A stretch of DNA of 64,000 nt from positions 50,964,001 to 51,028,000 of the forward strand of contig CM060731.1 of NCBI GenBank assembly GCA_030704615.1, given 5' to 3'. Positions within the stretch are counted from its first letter, which is position 1; every line of letters begins with the position of its first letter. The notes under the pieces are model-generated. The model was given only the letters and a program-made list of their open reading frames with translations. It ran no database searches and was not told the origin of the DNA. Of this stretch, positions 62,578-64,000 are shown in pieces. The stretch is from Takakia lepidozioides. Its lineage: Eukaryota > Plantae > Bryophyta. Position numbers and translations under genes: made by a program.

Positions 62578-63226
62578 ATGAGAAAGAGGAACGAGGTTGG
62601 GGAACCGGTGTCTGACGATGAGTACAAGACCGCCAGATTAAATTGGAGCAAGAGACGGTGCTCGATAGACGTGATGGAAGCGGACTATCCAGATCAAAAA
62701 CATGGTGTTTCGGAACCAGATGAAAAATCCAGTCGGGGTCTACCGAGCCGAACAAAGTGTCTGTCAATGACAAAAATGTGACTGTAGAATCCCCGCGGAA
62801 CGCATCCGAATCTCTGAACAATACACCTGAAGACATCTGTAAGGATTCCCTGGAGGAAATAAGAGAAAGCGTTCATGTAAACAATGATGTCAACGGATCT
62901 CCTGCCTACTCCCAAGATTATCCGAAATACACCCCTACTATTCCCCGGACACATTGGCGGCGATACGAGTGACCATTTTTGGATATCCAGCATCTCCGGG
63001 TTACTCGCCAGCATCTCCTGAATCCACAACAGGATCTGAAGGATATTACCCTCCAAACTTCCTCCTGGACACTGCAACGAGGGGGGGAGTCCTAAAACTA
63101 CTGGACGTCTCCGGATCTCCAGGATACTCCCCTGCGTCTCCTGATAGTATCACCGGATCCCCAAAATATACACCTCTAGACTATTCGCCTGATACACTCA
63201 GAGAGATAAGAAGGAGCATTCTGTAG
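62578..63226 (+). pseudogene. TE-associated ORF with Ser/Pro/Tyr repeats, frameshifted
   Basis: ATG right after a TCAG acceptor (MRKRNEVG..), continuing through ORFs 62757 and 62954 with SPAYS, PKYTPT, SPGYSPASP x2 and SPKYTP. Confidence 0.45.
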
Positions 63227-63548
63227 TTATTGGGTATATAATCTAGAATCGTCTGAATATAGTGCGAGAAGTTCCTTAGTATATTTTGGACGAATTAGGT
63301 TCGAAGATTTCTATTGTAGATTTGTCCTATTTCAGGATGATGTACTCAATGGCTCATGAGCCTCATTTTCATTAAAGTTTTTTTCTACAACATCTGTAAA
63401 ATATGGAGGATTTCCCATTTCATTTAGAAAGCCTCGTACATACAAACCTCCACTGTCTAGTGGAGGTTCTCATTTTTGGAATGATGGATGCTAGTAAGAG
63501 AGATCCTGTTATTTGATTATCTAATGAATTTGTGTTTGGTTGTAACAG

Positions 63549-63982
63549 AAGACATCCTACACCACCAGATTGCGTCACAGGATTGATTGGAGATATTTGT
63601 GGCGCATTCGTATGCCAGAAGTCCTCACATTTCAAAACTGAGCATACCGCAATTTTTTGAGCTTAACCCAGAGGTGACAGATTGGGGCATCGTGCCTGTT
63701 GGTACACCTTCTGATCACAAACTGTCTTTTCATTACAGAAGTCTTGGAGTAATAACAGACTTAAAATACGCAGAAGCTCTCGATATAGAGCTTGAATCTG
63801 AAGAGGAAAACCCGATGTTGGTTTTGTTCTTGCATGAGGATGCGAGAACCCCCATGACGTTTGGTTTCAAAGTGGAGGTGGGTCATCTGAACAAGTCGTT
63901 GATGAGTGAATGCGTTGCACTGGGTTTTAGATTTCCAGACAAGGGCTCAGTTTTTACCGACGTAGGTTTGTCGAGGGCTTAG
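63549..63982 (+). CDS. Terminal exon of an unknown TE-associated gene
   Basis: Open frame of >130 codons with globular composition after a TAACAG acceptor; the preceding putative intron contains the element's palindrome. Confidence 0.45.
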
Positions 63983-64000
63983 AGTATTTTTCTGGATCTT

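Overview
Nuclear DNA of a land plant, most likely a bryophyte or other non-seed plant (inferred from the gene families and TE types). Host genes: a 4-exon EF-hand protein (-), a PLS-class PPR gene whose DYW deaminase tail has decayed, a paralogous PPR pseudogene, an orphan FKBP19-like terminal exon, a group-2 pectin methylesterase, an unannotated 6-exon single-pass membrane protein and a LYR-type LysM receptor pseudokinase. The most notable element is an 8.2-kb Ty3/Gypsy-type LTR retrotransposon (16144-24326, minus strand, 282-bp LTRs, CACAA target-site duplication). It carries a DNMT3-like cytosine-5 methyltransferase between protease and reverse transcriptase, has an apparent Tf1-style self-priming site, and is the innermost layer of a triple nested insertion. 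The right end of the window holds a large multi-gene DNA transposon with a DUF7869/Sola-like DDE transposase. Its introns and spacers repeatedly carry the same 26-bp palindrome, and it encodes a peptide with RNA polymerase II CTD-like repeats. LINE, hAT, MITE, SINE-like and Helitron-like remnants and tandem arrays fill the rest. All gene models and alignments were made by eye; no searches were run.
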